Source: an uncultured Thermoplasmatales archaeon (GTDB lineage: Archaea; Thermoplasmatota; E2; DHVEG-1). From it: 64,000 nt of DNA. The notes under the pieces are model-generated. The model searched no databases, had not been told where the DNA came from, and worked only from the letters and a program-made list of their open reading frames with translations. The position numbers and the translations under genes are program-made. The stretch is from assembly GCA_964526175.1 (NCBI GenBank), contig CAZGIV010000001.1, forward strand, positions 882 to 64,881, in the 5' to 3' direction. Below, in pieces: positions 47,942 through 57,221 of the stretch (position 1 is the first letter of the stretch; every line of letters begins with the position of its first letter).

Positions 47942-50900
47942 ACGAATCTCAACGAAATGCCAACGGAAAAAAACCTGTGGAAAAACCATCTAAGGTCGTT
48001 TCACAAGTACTTGTCGTCGGGGGCGGGATTTCCGGCATCCAAAGTGCTCTTGATTTAGCGAATTCGGGTTTTAAAGTATATCTTGTTGAAAAGAAGCCAA
48101 GTATTGGGGGAGTCATGGCGCAACTGGATAAAACATTTCCTACCAATGATTGTTCCATGTGCATTCTTTCTCCTAAGCTTGTTGAATCTGGACGACATCC
48201 GAATATTGAAATATTAACAGGTTCAAATGTCGAGCAGGTGAACGGACAAGCAGGTCATTTTCAGGTCACCATACGAAAACACTCCCGGTTTGTAGATATT
48301 GAAAAATGTAAAAGTTGTGGGGATTGTCGTGATGTGTGCCCGGTCATTCAGTCGAATGTGTTTGAAGAAAAGTTGTGTAACCGGAATGCAATCTATCAAT
48401 TGTTTCCTCAGGCAAACCCAAGTGCATATGTGATTGAAAAACAAGGGGTTTCTCCGTGTCGGATAGCTTGCCCAGCTGGACTAAATGCGCATGCATTCAT
48501 CGCGCTTGCATCACAAGAAAAATACGCAGAAGCATATGAACTTATCAAAGAGACCATACCGCTCCCAGGTTCACTTGGTAGAATCTGCTATCATCCTTGT
48601 GAAACTGAATGCAACCGAAAAGATATCGAAGAACCACTCTCCATATGTCGGATTAGACGATTTATTGCTGATTACATGTATGAACATCCAGAGACACTTT
48701 CTGACTATCAAAAAAATAAAAACGAAAAACAACTAGAAAGAAATCAAAAAGGAAGGGGCAACGATCAGAAGGTGGCAATAGTAGGTTCTGGTCCTGCTGG
48801 TATTACTGCTGCGTATGACCTCTCCAAATTAGGATATAAACCTACTATTTTCGAAGCAGAAAAATACAATGGAGGAATGCTCCACTACGGAGTACCAGAC
48901 TACCGACTCCCAAAAGAATATCTTCATAAAGAAATCGACCTCCTCTGTCAAGATCAGCAAATTGAGCTAAAAAACAATCAAAAACTCGGCAGAGACTTCA
49001 CCTTACAAGACCTAAAAAAACAAGGATATAAAGCAATCTTCCTTGCCATCGGTGCTCATAAAAGCCGTAGTGCAGGAATCGAAGGTTGCACTGGAACCGA
49101 CACCTGTGCCCTCGAAGGAGTCGAATATCTCAAGCAACTCAATCGAAATATGATCACCCTAGATTACTTCAAAGGAAAAAAAATCCTTATAATCGGCGGT
49201 GGAAACGTTGCGATGGATTCCGCACGAACCGCCCGGCGACTCGGAGGAAACGTTACTGTCGTCTATAGACGAACCATCAAAGAAATGCCCGCGCACCAGG
49301 AAGAAATCAACCAAGCGGAAGAAGAAGGTATCGAGTTTATCTTTCTTACCGCTCCAACACAACTTCAAAAAAGAGAAAAAGAAACATGTCTCCAGTGCGT
49401 GCGAATGGAACTCGGGGAACCAGATGCTTCTGGACGACGTCGTCCTAAAAAAATTCCAGAATCAGAATTTGACATTTCATGCGATTTTACTATCTTTGCC
49501 ATCGGACAGGAACTTGACACAAAACTCATGGAAGAAAACAAAATTGATATTGGCGAAAACAGGTTCATCAAGGTTGACCCTATCACCTTGCTAACATCAC
49601 AAGACGGGGTCTTTGCTGGTGGAGACGCCGTCACCGGACCAGCATCAGCAGTTGAAGCTATTGCTGCAGGTCACCAAGCCGCGATCTCCATCGACCGCTA
49701 CCTCCACGATGAAGATCAGAAAAAAGGACGAGAACCTCAACCACAAAAGAAAGCTGATATTCCGAAACAAACAATCCATATCCATTCCTCCAGAGAAACT
49801 CCCCTTTTTTTATCCCCTGAAGAACGGATAAAATCCTTTGTCGAAATCGATCAAGGATTCACCAAAGAACAATTCCAACGCGAAGTAAAACGATGCCTCA
49901 ATTGCGCAGGATGCTGCGAATGCTTCCAATGTGTTCAGCATTGTGAACCTGATGCCATTGATCATACTATGAAAGATAAAACAATAACCTTAGATGTCGG
50001 ATCGATTATTCTTTCTCCAGGTTTCGATGAATTTCAACCTGAAATAAAACGGGAGTACGGTTATCGTCGTTTTCCAAATGTTATCACAAGTATCGAGTTT
50101 GAACGAATCCTGTCTGCATCAGGACCATACGCTGGTCATGTGGTCCGACCGTCTGACCAGAAAGAACCACGAAAAATAGCATGGATACAATGTGTCGGAT
50201 CAAGAGATGTGAAATTGAATAAAAATTATTGTTCATCAGTCTGTTGTACATACGCGATTAAAGAAGCAGTCATAGCAAAAGAACACGCACCCAACATTCA
50301 ACCAACCATTTTTTATATGGATATGCGCACCTACGGGAAAGGCTTTGAATCATACTATAATCGCGCGGAAAAAGAATACGGTGTCAGATTTGTCCGATGT
50401 CGTATCTCCTCAGTCGAAGAGGATAAAAAAACCAAGAATCTCTCAATCAAATATGAAACAGAGGAAGGAACCCTGAAAAAAGAGGACTTTGACCTGGTTG
50501 TGTTATCTGTCGGCCTTAGTTCCCCTGATGATGCTGAAAGTCTTTCCACTGTTTTTGGGGTTAAACTCAATCAGTATAATTTTGCTTCAACAACCTCATT
50601 CGAACCATTCCATACCACCACATCAGGTATTTATGTCGCTGGAGCGTTTTCCGGTCCGAAGGATATTCCCGAGACAGTCACCCAAGCGAGTGGCGCAGCA
50701 GCTTTAGCATCCGCTCTTCTTTCAAAAGCCAGAGGGGATTGTGTGACAGTGAAACAATATCCTCCATTAAAAGACGTACAATATTCAACACCCCGAGTTG
50801 GTGTGTTCATTTGCCACTGTGGAAGCAACATTGGAGGGTTCCTTGATGTCTCTTCGATTACTGAATATTCAAAAAACCTTCCTTTTGTCGTCTATGCGGA

Positions 50901-52473
50901 AAATAACTTATTTACTTGTTCTCAGGATACACAGACCCATATCAAGGACATCATTAATGAGTATGATATTAACCGGGTCGTTGTTGCTTCATGTACACCA
51001 CGAACTCATGAACCATTATTCCAAGAAACAATTCGGGAAGCAGGATTAAATCCTCATCTTTTTGAGATGGCAAACATCCGAGATCAGTGCTCCTGGGTGC
51101 ATATGAAGGAGCCAAAAGAGGCAACAGAGAAAGCAAAGGATCTTCTTCGAATGGCGGTTTCAAAAGCAGCATTATTACAACCGTTACCAATCGTAACACT
51201 GCCCGTGAATCAAAATGCGTTGGTGATCGGTGGTGGACTTACTGGATTAATCGCTTCAGTCAAGTTAGCTGAAGAAGGTTTCCCCGTGTATTTAGTTGAG
51301 AAAGAAAAAGAACTTGGTGGGAACCTCCGACATATTTATTCGACAATTAATGGAGGAGATGTACAATCATTCCTTCATAATTTAATTCAGAAAGTTAAGG
51401 ATAATTCCCACATTCATGTTTTCACAGACACACAAATCGATTCTCTCAACGGCTATGTCGGCAATTTTACAACCGTTATTAAGAATAGGAATGATACCAA
51501 GGAATTGCACCATGGAATTATCCTAGTAGCAACCGGTGCACAAGAATATCAGCCCTCTGAGTATCTTTATGGCAAAGATACACGAGTCCTTACGCAACGT
51601 GAATTTGAACAACTGTTGACAAAAAAAGAAGTTCCTGTACAAAAACCAGAAACCATTGTGATGATTCAATGCGTTGGCTCCCGAGATGAGCAACGACCGT
51701 ATTGTAGTAGAATCTGTTGTACAGAGGCAATAAAGAACGCATTAAATTACTCAGATCAAAACAAAAACGCTGCTATTTACGTGTTATATCAAGATATCCG
51801 GACATATGGGTTCAGAGAGGAATATTATCAAAAGGCACGAGAAAAAGGGATTGTCTTTCTTCATTATACCCCTGAGAAAAAACCAATCGTGCAGAATACG
51901 AATGGAAAGCTAACGATACGTATATACGATGTTATTTTAGGTGAGGATGTTCTCATTGACGCTGATTATTTGGTGTTAAGCACAGGAATAATTCCCCTGC
52001 CCGAGAATCAGTTGTTATCAAAGCTTCTTAAAGTTCCATTGAATGAAGATGGATTCTTCTTAGAAGCACATGTGAAACTCCGACCAGTGGATTTTGCAAC
52101 GGATGGGATCTTTCTTGCGGGTTTTGCGCATTCTCCAATGTTTATTGAAGAAAGTATTGCACAAGCCTGCGCTGCTGTCTCTCGTGCTTGTACGATTTTA
52201 AGTAAAGAATCACTGAAGCTTCCTGGAACAATCGCTAAGGTCAATGAAGAGCGATGTGCCGGTTGTGGGTTATGCGAACAGGTTTGTGTCTACAAGGCCA
52301 TTGAACTGGTAAAAAAGAAGATAAAAGGTAAAGAGCAGTTAGTCGCGATCGTCAATGAGGGGATATGTAAAGGGTGCGGGGTATGTGCAGGTGCCTGTTT
52401 TTCAGGAGCAATCACCCATAGAGGGTATAAAGATGAACAAATCCTTGCTATGATACACTCAATGGAAAAATAA
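47938..52473 (+). CDS. hdrA: Second giant HdrA-GltD fusion (1511 aa). It has the same architecture as 39665-44632 and carries two tracts converted against that gene.
   Basis: VLVVGGGISGIQSALDLANSGF...NDCSMC.... GltD-like KVAIVGSGPAGITAAYDLSKLGY and IIGGGNVAMDSARTARRLGG. ...YCSSVCCTYA.... N-domain RVGVFICHCGSNI...CTPRTH...ANIRDQCSWVH. ALVIGGGLTGLIASVKLAEEGF. C-terminal CAGCGLCEQVC...CKGCGVCAGACFSGAI. Confidence 0.7.
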   Translation: MNESQRNANGKKPVEKPSKVVSQVLVVGGGISGIQSALDLANSGFKVYLVEKKPSIGGVMAQLDKTFPTNDCSMCILSPKLVESGRHPNIEILTGSNVEQVNGQAGHFQVTIRKHSRFVDIEKCKSCGDCRDVCPVIQSNVFEEKLCNRNAIYQLFPQANPSAYVIEKQGVSPCRIACPAGLNAHAFIALASQEKYAEAYELIKETIPLPGSLGRICYHPCETECNRKDIEEPLSICRIRRFIADYMYEHPETLSDYQKNKNEKQLERNQKGRGNDQKVAIVGSGPAGITAAYDLSKLGYKPTIFEAEKYNGGMLHYGVPDYRLPKEYLHKEIDLLCQDQQIELKNNQKLGRDFTLQDLKKQGYKAIFLAIGAHKSRSAGIEGCTGTDTCALEGVEYLKQLNRNMITLDYFKGKKILIIGGGNVAMDSARTARRLGGNVTVVYRRTIKEMPAHQEEINQAEEEGIEFIFLTAPTQLQKREKETCLQCVRMELGEPDASGRRRPKKIPESEFDISCDFTIFAIGQELDTKLMEENKIDIGENRFIKVDPITLLTSQDGVFAGGDAVTGPASAVEAIAAGHQAAISIDRYLHDEDQKKGREPQPQKKADIPKQTIHIHSSRETPLFLSPEERIKSFVEIDQGFTKEQFQREVKRCLNCAGCCECFQCVQHCEPDAIDHTMKDKTITLDVGSIILSPGFDEFQPEIKREYGYRRFPNVITSIEFERILSASGPYAGHVVRPSDQKEPRKIAWIQCVGSRDVKLNKNYCSSVCCTYAIKEAVIAKEHAPNIQPTIFYMDMRTYGKGFESYYNRAEKEYGVRFVRCRISSVEEDKKTKNLSIKYETEEGTLKKEDFDLVVLSVGLSSPDDAESLSTVFGVKLNQYNFASTTSFEPFHTTTSGIYVAGAFSGPKDIPETVTQASGAAALASALLSKARGDCVTVKQYPPLKDVQYSTPRVGVFICHCGSNIGGFLDVSSITEYSKNLPFVVYAENNLFTCSQDTQTHIKDIINEYDINRVVVASCTPRTHEPLFQETIREAGLNPHLFEMANIRDQCSWVHMKEPKEATEKAKDLLRMAVSKAALLQPLPIVTLPVNQNALVIGGGLTGLIASVKLAEEGFPVYLVEKEKELGGNLRHIYSTINGGDVQSFLHNLIQKVKDNSHIHVFTDTQIDSLNGYVGNFTTVIKNRNDTKELHHGIILVATGAQEYQPSEYLYGKDTRVLTQREFEQLLTKKEVPVQKPETIVMIQCVGSRDEQRPYCSRICCTEAIKNALNYSDQNKNAAIYVLYQDIRTYGFREEYYQKAREKGIVFLHYTPEKKPIVQNTNGKLTIRIYDVILGEDVLIDADYLVLSTGIIPLPENQLLSKLLKVPLNEDGFFLEAHVKLRPVDFATDGIFLAGFAHSPMFIEESIAQACAAVSRACTILSKESLKLPGTIAKVNEERCAGCGLCEQVCVYKAIELVKKKIKGKEQLVAIVNEGICKGCGVCAGACFSGAITHRGYKDEQILAMIHSMEK

Positions 52474-52483
52474 TATCCTCTTT

Positions 52484-53782
52484 TTAATGTGTTGAACAGG
52501 AGATACATGGGTCGTATGCGCGAACAAGCATTTCACATTTCAGTTTGATTTCTTCAACTGGTTCATCAAGCATTGTACCTAAAAACTCATGCATATCTTT
52601 CTCAACGTTGTTTGCATTGTGTGCTGTTGGAGGAACGAGGTCCGCTTTTCGTATGATACCATTGTTATCTAGTACATAACTATGGTAGAGGCTTCCTCGT
52701 GGTGCCTCAGTGATTGCAGCACCAAATCCTGCGCGACATCCGATGTCCCAATGTTCTTCTTTGAGGGGGACGCGATCGATGATGTCTATAGATTCGTCGA
52801 TACTATCAACGAGTTCGATGGCACGTGCAAGATGTGAGACGAATGGATTGTAATTAGGGAATTTCACCCCACTTTTCTTTGCTGCCTCCTTCGCATCCGA
52901 TGAAAGTTGCCCAAAGTTCAAGTTCACTCTGGGAAGAGGCCCAACCATGAATGAACCTTTTGTTTTCAATTGAGAGTGAAGCGCTGTCGAATAAGGGACT
53001 TGTTTTTCAGAAATATAGTCACGGTATTCAGACTCATGAATGTTTAATCCTTCTGTGGATCGTAAACGACCGATGTTTATGGCATATGATTTTGGATTAG
53101 AAATCGCGATGTGCTCACATTTACGAACAAATTGAGGTATTTTTAATTTGGAGAAAAGATCTACGGTCTCAAACGCATCATTTTTTGCTTCAACCAAACG
53201 TTTACGTATTGCCTGGAGTTTGTTTTTGTTTGGTAGAGCAGTAAATCCTCCGACGACAGCAGTCACAGGGTGTACCGCCCGGCCACCAATCAAATCAGAG
53301 AGGTCATTTCCAAGTTTTTTCAGTTTGAGTCCTCTTTTTATGACATCCAGATGATCCTTCGTCATCGCAAGAGTACTCTCATAGCCGAGAAGATCAGGAA
53401 GTGAAAGGAAATACATGCTAAGCACATGACTTTGAATGTGCGCACTGAGTGCAAGTAGTTTTCGTAAATCCTTTGTTTGCTCACTTGGTTCTAAGCCTAT
53501 CGCATTTTCCACAGCTCGTAACGCAGTGATTTGATGAGCAACAGGACAAATACCGCATAGACGAGAGGTTAACTCCATCATTTCCGTATAACGTCGTCCA
53601 ATAAGGAAAGCTTCAAAGAATCGCGGTGGCTCATGTATTCGAAATTGTAAATCCTGTATCTTTCCTTCTTTTGAAATACTTATATTTAAAGCACCCCGTC
53701 CTTCCACTCGGGCGATGTAGTTCACTTCGATTGTTTTTGTTTTCGGTGTAGATTCTTTAAGGGTCATAGAATTTTCGGTCAT
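52484..53782 (-). CDS. [NiFe] hydrogenase large (alpha) subunit, group 3b/sulfhydrogenase-like
   Basis: ...ARVEGRGALNI..., RLCGICPVAHQITA, C-terminal DPCISCSTH. Last gene of the minus-strand beta-gamma-delta-alpha operon. Confidence 0.7.
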   Translation of the reverse strand: MTENSMTLKESTPKTKTIEVNYIARVEGRGALNISISKEGKIQDLQFRIHEPPRFFEAFLIGRRYTEMMELTSRLCGICPVAHQITALRAVENAIGLEPSEQTKDLRKLLALSAHIQSHVLSMYFLSLPDLLGYESTLAMTKDHLDVIKRGLKLKKLGNDLSDLIGGRAVHPVTAVVGGFTALPNKNKLQAIRKRLVEAKNDAFETVDLFSKLKIPQFVRKCEHIAISNPKSYAINIGRLRSTEGLNIHESEYRDYISEKQVPYSTALHSQLKTKGSFMVGPLPRVNLNFGQLSSDAKEAAKKSGVKFPNYNPFVSHLARAIELVDSIDESIDIIDRVPLKEEHWDIGCRAGFGAAITEAPRGSLYHSYVLDNNGIIRKADLVPPTAHNANNVEKDMHEFLGTMLDEPVEEIKLKCEMLVRAYDPCISCSTH

Positions 53783-54544
53783 TTAATGTCCTGCCTCCTT
53801 GCGAAAATCTGCAGTCATCCCAGCATATTTCCTGAACTTGCGTTGTATGTCATCTTCGTGAACTCCTATTTCTTTAAAGATAGCAGCGAGTGCAGCAGCA
53901 TTTGGATTGCTCATTGGTCCATAACAGCCCTCGCATTCTCTACCAAGAGACGGACATATCGCACCGCATCCTGCGCTTGTCACAGGTCCCATACACGGTA
54001 TTTTTTTACTTGTTATGAGACATTCATTATCTCTAAATTTACACTCAACGCAGACCGGATGTTGACGGAGGCGTGGTCTGATGTTGAGCAGCGATGCTTT
54101 CACAAACTCAAGGATGGTGTTACGATGAGGAGGACAGCCTCTCAACTCGGTATCCACTTTTATATATTCTCCGATTCCCATCACTTTCATTGAATGAATC
54201 GTTGATGTATCCGGATATACTCTATTTTCTGCTTCCATCTGTGGAATCCAATTTCGAATGGAAGGAATGCACCCGGCTATTGCACAGTCACCGAATGCCA
54301 CAACAATCTTGGATTTTTTCCGTATCTGCTTGATTTCTTCAATTTCTTCAGGTGTTGAAATCCCACCCTCGACAAGGCTGATATCCCATGGCCCGTCAAT
54401 GTTGTCACGTTTCACCATCATCCAGTAGGTGATGTCAATCACATCAAGAAGTTTTAGAAAAACGTCTTCTAAATGCAAGAGTTCTAATTGACATCCTGCG
54501 CATCCGGTGAACTTGAAGATTCCAACTTTTGGTTTCGTGCTCAT
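53783..54544 (-). CDS. [NiFe] hydrogenase small (delta) subunit, group 3-like
   Basis: FKFTGCAGCQLELLHL is the proximal-cluster motif. Multiple C-terminal Cys ligands. Abuts the large-subunit gene with no gap. Confidence 0.6.
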   Translation of the reverse strand: MSTKPKVGIFKFTGCAGCQLELLHLEDVFLKLLDVIDITYWMMVKRDNIDGPWDISLVEGGISTPEEIEEIKQIRKKSKIVVAFGDCAIAGCIPSIRNWIPQMEAENRVYPDTSTIHSMKVMGIGEYIKVDTELRGCPPHRNTILEFVKASLLNIRPRLRQHPVCVECKFRDNECLITSKKIPCMGPVTSAGCGAICPSLGRECEGCYGPMSNPNAAALAAIFKEIGVHEDDIQRKFRKYAGMTADFRKEAGH

Positions 54545-54561
54545 AGTGTTATTTCAACCTC

Positions 54562-55392
54562 TTATAAAGGACGGATAAACGGACGTATCTCATCGTAGTT
54601 GAATACTGGCCCATCTTTACAGACGTACTTTGAGCCTATCTGGCAATGTCCACATTTGCCAAAACCGCATTTCATGCGACGTTCGAGTGAAAGAAAAATT
54701 TGATTATCTTTAAATCCAATCGTCTCCAAACATTTTGTCGCGTATCGCATCATGATTTCCGGACCGCAAATGAGAGCAACTGAGTTATGTGGTCGAGTCT
54801 TCATACTTGGAAAACAAGAAGTAACTAAACCAACTTTACACTCCCACCGTGAACCAAGAGAAAGAGAATCGACGGTTAAATCAAACCTGGAATTTTTTAT
54901 TTCACGCCATCGTCCAAATTCATATTTAAAGACCATATCATCAGGAGTTCGAGAGCCATAAATGATTTCAAGATGACCATACTGATTCCTATTTTTATTC
55001 ACATGATCAATAACTCCTCGAAGAGGAGGAAGCCCAATTCCACCTGCTATAAGTAAAATATCTTTTCCTTTCATTTCTTCTAAAGGCCAGCCTATACCAT
55101 AGGGACCACGTACGCCTAGAATATCTCCTTCTTTACGATTAAAAATTGAGTTTGTGACATTTCCGACGTTACGAATGGTTGTTGAAAAAGTCCCATCGTC
55201 TTCTATTTTTGAAATAGATAATGCTGCTTCTCCGACTCCTATGATTCCGATCATCATAAATTGACCGGGGACACAAGTAAATTCCTTTTGTTTCTCTTTA
55301 TCAACATAAGCAAGCGTATATGTAGCAGTGTTTACGGTTTCTTTAACAATTTTTTTAATAATTGCTGGATAAAATTGATATTCATTTTTCAT
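54562..55392 (-). CDS. Sulfhydrogenase gamma / AsrB-like FAD-NAD(P)H subunit with [2Fe-2S]
   Basis: LIAGGIGLPPLRGVI. C-terminal CGFGKCGHCQIGSKYVCKDGPVF. N-terminus MKNEYQFYPAII.... Confidence 0.6.
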   Translation of the reverse strand: MKNEYQFYPAIIKKIVKETVNTATYTLAYVDKEKQKEFTCVPGQFMMIGIIGVGEAALSISKIEDDGTFSTTIRNVGNVTNSIFNRKEGDILGVRGPYGIGWPLEEMKGKDILLIAGGIGLPPLRGVIDHVNKNRNQYGHLEIIYGSRTPDDMVFKYEFGRWREIKNSRFDLTVDSLSLGSRWECKVGLVTSCFPSMKTRPHNSVALICGPEIMMRYATKCLETIGFKDNQIFLSLERRMKCGFGKCGHCQIGSKYVCKDGPVFNYDEIRPFIRPL

Positions 55393-55410
55393 GGTTGCCT
55401 GTTGTATAGG

Positions 55411-56451
55411 TTAATCCCCCCTTATGATTTTTGCAACTTGGGTGATGTCAATTTTTGAGGGACAGATACGAATACAACGTCCACATCCAACGCAACTTGA
55501 ATTTATTCCACCAGCTGCAGCGCCAAATTTACAGAGCATCCAATGGCGTATTCTATCTTTTCGATCACTACGGAAGTTCCCATGCATGGCAACTTCGCCG
55601 TACTCTAGGAGTTGGCAAGAGTCAAGTTCTCGAATCCGTGTCCCTTCTTTAAGACCAATATCGATAGTATCATACAAATCATAACAATAACACGTTGGAC
55701 AGACCAAAGAACAAGAACCACAGGAAAGGCATGGATATGAGCCAGCAACGCCGCCTCGTTCTCCTAAATCGACCCATACTTCATGATTAAGACTCTCAGA
55801 TGCGATGCGAGGTAGCCAAGAAGTATTCATGTGTTTCTTGAATTTTTTCTCCGTCAATTTCAATCGTCTTTCTTTTTCTATCATATCAGATTCTGTTGCA
55901 TGTTCAAGAACATTGTTACCAAGAAGTTTTTTTCCATCCTCCGTTCCAATCTCTACAAGATATTTTGTTCCGATATCCGTTAGGAGCAAATCATATCCTT
56001 CCGTTAGAAAAGGACCCGCCCCAAGGGAGAAACAAAAACAGTTTTCTTGGGGTTCAACACAATTCAGAGCAATAATTTTTGTATTTTTCCTTCTTTTTTG
56101 GTAATAGATATCTGAGAAATCCCCGGAAAAAAATTTATCTAATCGCAGGATTCCATGGACATCACAGGGATGAATGCCTATAAGAATAATTTTTTCTTCG
56201 TGATTAATTTCCTTTGTAGAAAATGTGTGATCATTTTTGGAAAATGAAAAGAGTTGGTCTTTTGGAGGGTGAAAGAATTTTTTGGGGGGTAAAACGGTAG
56301 AGTGGTAATCAAGATGAAGTTGATCAATGGAACTGATTTCATCAAATGTTGATTCATAACCTGGTTTTGTCGGGCCGATGATTTTGTATTCTTTTGGTAA
56401 GTTTTTTAAGAAAAGATTCATATCTTTTTTTCCGATAACGAACGCGTTCAT
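55411..56451 (-). CDS. Sulfhydrogenase beta / AsrA-like Fe-S subunit
   Basis: CLSCGSCSLVCPTCYCYD and CVGCGRCIRICP. First gene of the four-gene hydrogenase operon. Confidence 0.6.
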   Translation of the reverse strand: MNAFVIGKKDMNLFLKNLPKEYKIIGPTKPGYESTFDEISSIDQLHLDYHSTVLPPKKFFHPPKDQLFSFSKNDHTFSTKEINHEEKIILIGIHPCDVHGILRLDKFFSGDFSDIYYQKRRKNTKIIALNCVEPQENCFCFSLGAGPFLTEGYDLLLTDIGTKYLVEIGTEDGKKLLGNNVLEHATESDMIEKERRLKLTEKKFKKHMNTSWLPRIASESLNHEVWVDLGERGGVAGSYPCLSCGSCSLVCPTCYCYDLYDTIDIGLKEGTRIRELDSCQLLEYGEVAMHGNFRSDRKDRIRHWMLCKFGAAAGGINSSCVGCGRCIRICPSKIDITQVAKIIRGD

Positions 56452-56642
56452 GACGATCCTTTTTTCCTATAACAAAGGGCGAACCATAATCTATCTTAAG
56501 TACTTTAATGTATTTATTCAATCGTGTATTTTACAGTGGTGAAAGGAAAAATTATTTTTAAATTATAGAGGATTATTAGGTTGTTTTTATTGATAAGTTT
56601 AAATATGATATATGGATAAACGATGTGCAGAAAAGCTAGAAA

Positions 56643-56667
56643 AGTATATATAGTTAACGATTGTTAA
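56643..56667 (+). promoter_or_regulatory. Promoter of the hdrCBA operon: TATA-like AGTATATATAG, followed by a perfect inverted repeat TTAAC-gatt-GTTAA between the TATA box and the start codon (candidate operator)
   Basis: TATA ~40 nt upstream of ATG 56689. The inverted repeat sits at 56654-56667. SD GGAAGGGAG at 56676-56684. Confidence 0.4.
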
Positions 56668-56688
56668 TTTAATTGGAAGGGAGATTTA

Positions 56689-57216
56689 ATGAGCATCATC
56701 GATTTAACATCAATGGGAGCGTCACAGTCAGACCTCAGAAACGAAATCAATAATCGATTATCGAAACTACAGGATGAGATCTCAGAGTACTGTTATCAAT
56801 GCGCGAAATGCACCTCTGGATGCGAAGCCCATAAACTACTGGAATTAGAGCCACATAAAATAGTTGCACTTCTGAAAAGAGGCTTGATTAATGAACTTGT
56901 TAACAGTGATGTCATCTGGACATGCATGACTTGTTTGAAATGCAGGGAGCGATGCCCACAACGAGTTGCTCCTGTTGAAGTCCTCTTCGCACTGAAAAAC
57001 ATGGCAGTCGCCAGCGGGAAACAAATTCCTGGGAAATACACTGCAATGCTCCAATCCATTCTTACTATGGGTCTCATCCAGGACATTCAGCAAATTTCGA
57101 CCAGAAGTAACACAACGGTGAAACGAGAAGACCTTAATCTTCCACCCCTTTCAAAACCTGTTGACGCTACGAAATTTCAAGCAGGAATAATGAAAATCGC
57201 TATGGAGAAGATTTAG
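56689..57216 (+). CDS. hdrC: Heterodisulfide reductase subunit C-like (third copy)
   Basis: CYQCAKCTSGCE...CMTCLKCRERCP. Confidence 0.7.
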   Translation: MSIIDLTSMGASQSDLRNEINNRLSKLQDEISEYCYQCAKCTSGCEAHKLLELEPHKIVALLKRGLINELVNSDVIWTCMTCLKCRERCPQRVAPVEVLFALKNMAVASGKQIPGKYTAMLQSILTMGLIQDIQQISTRSNTTVKREDLNLPPLSKPVDATKFQAGIMKIAMEKI

Positions 57217-57221
57217 ACATC

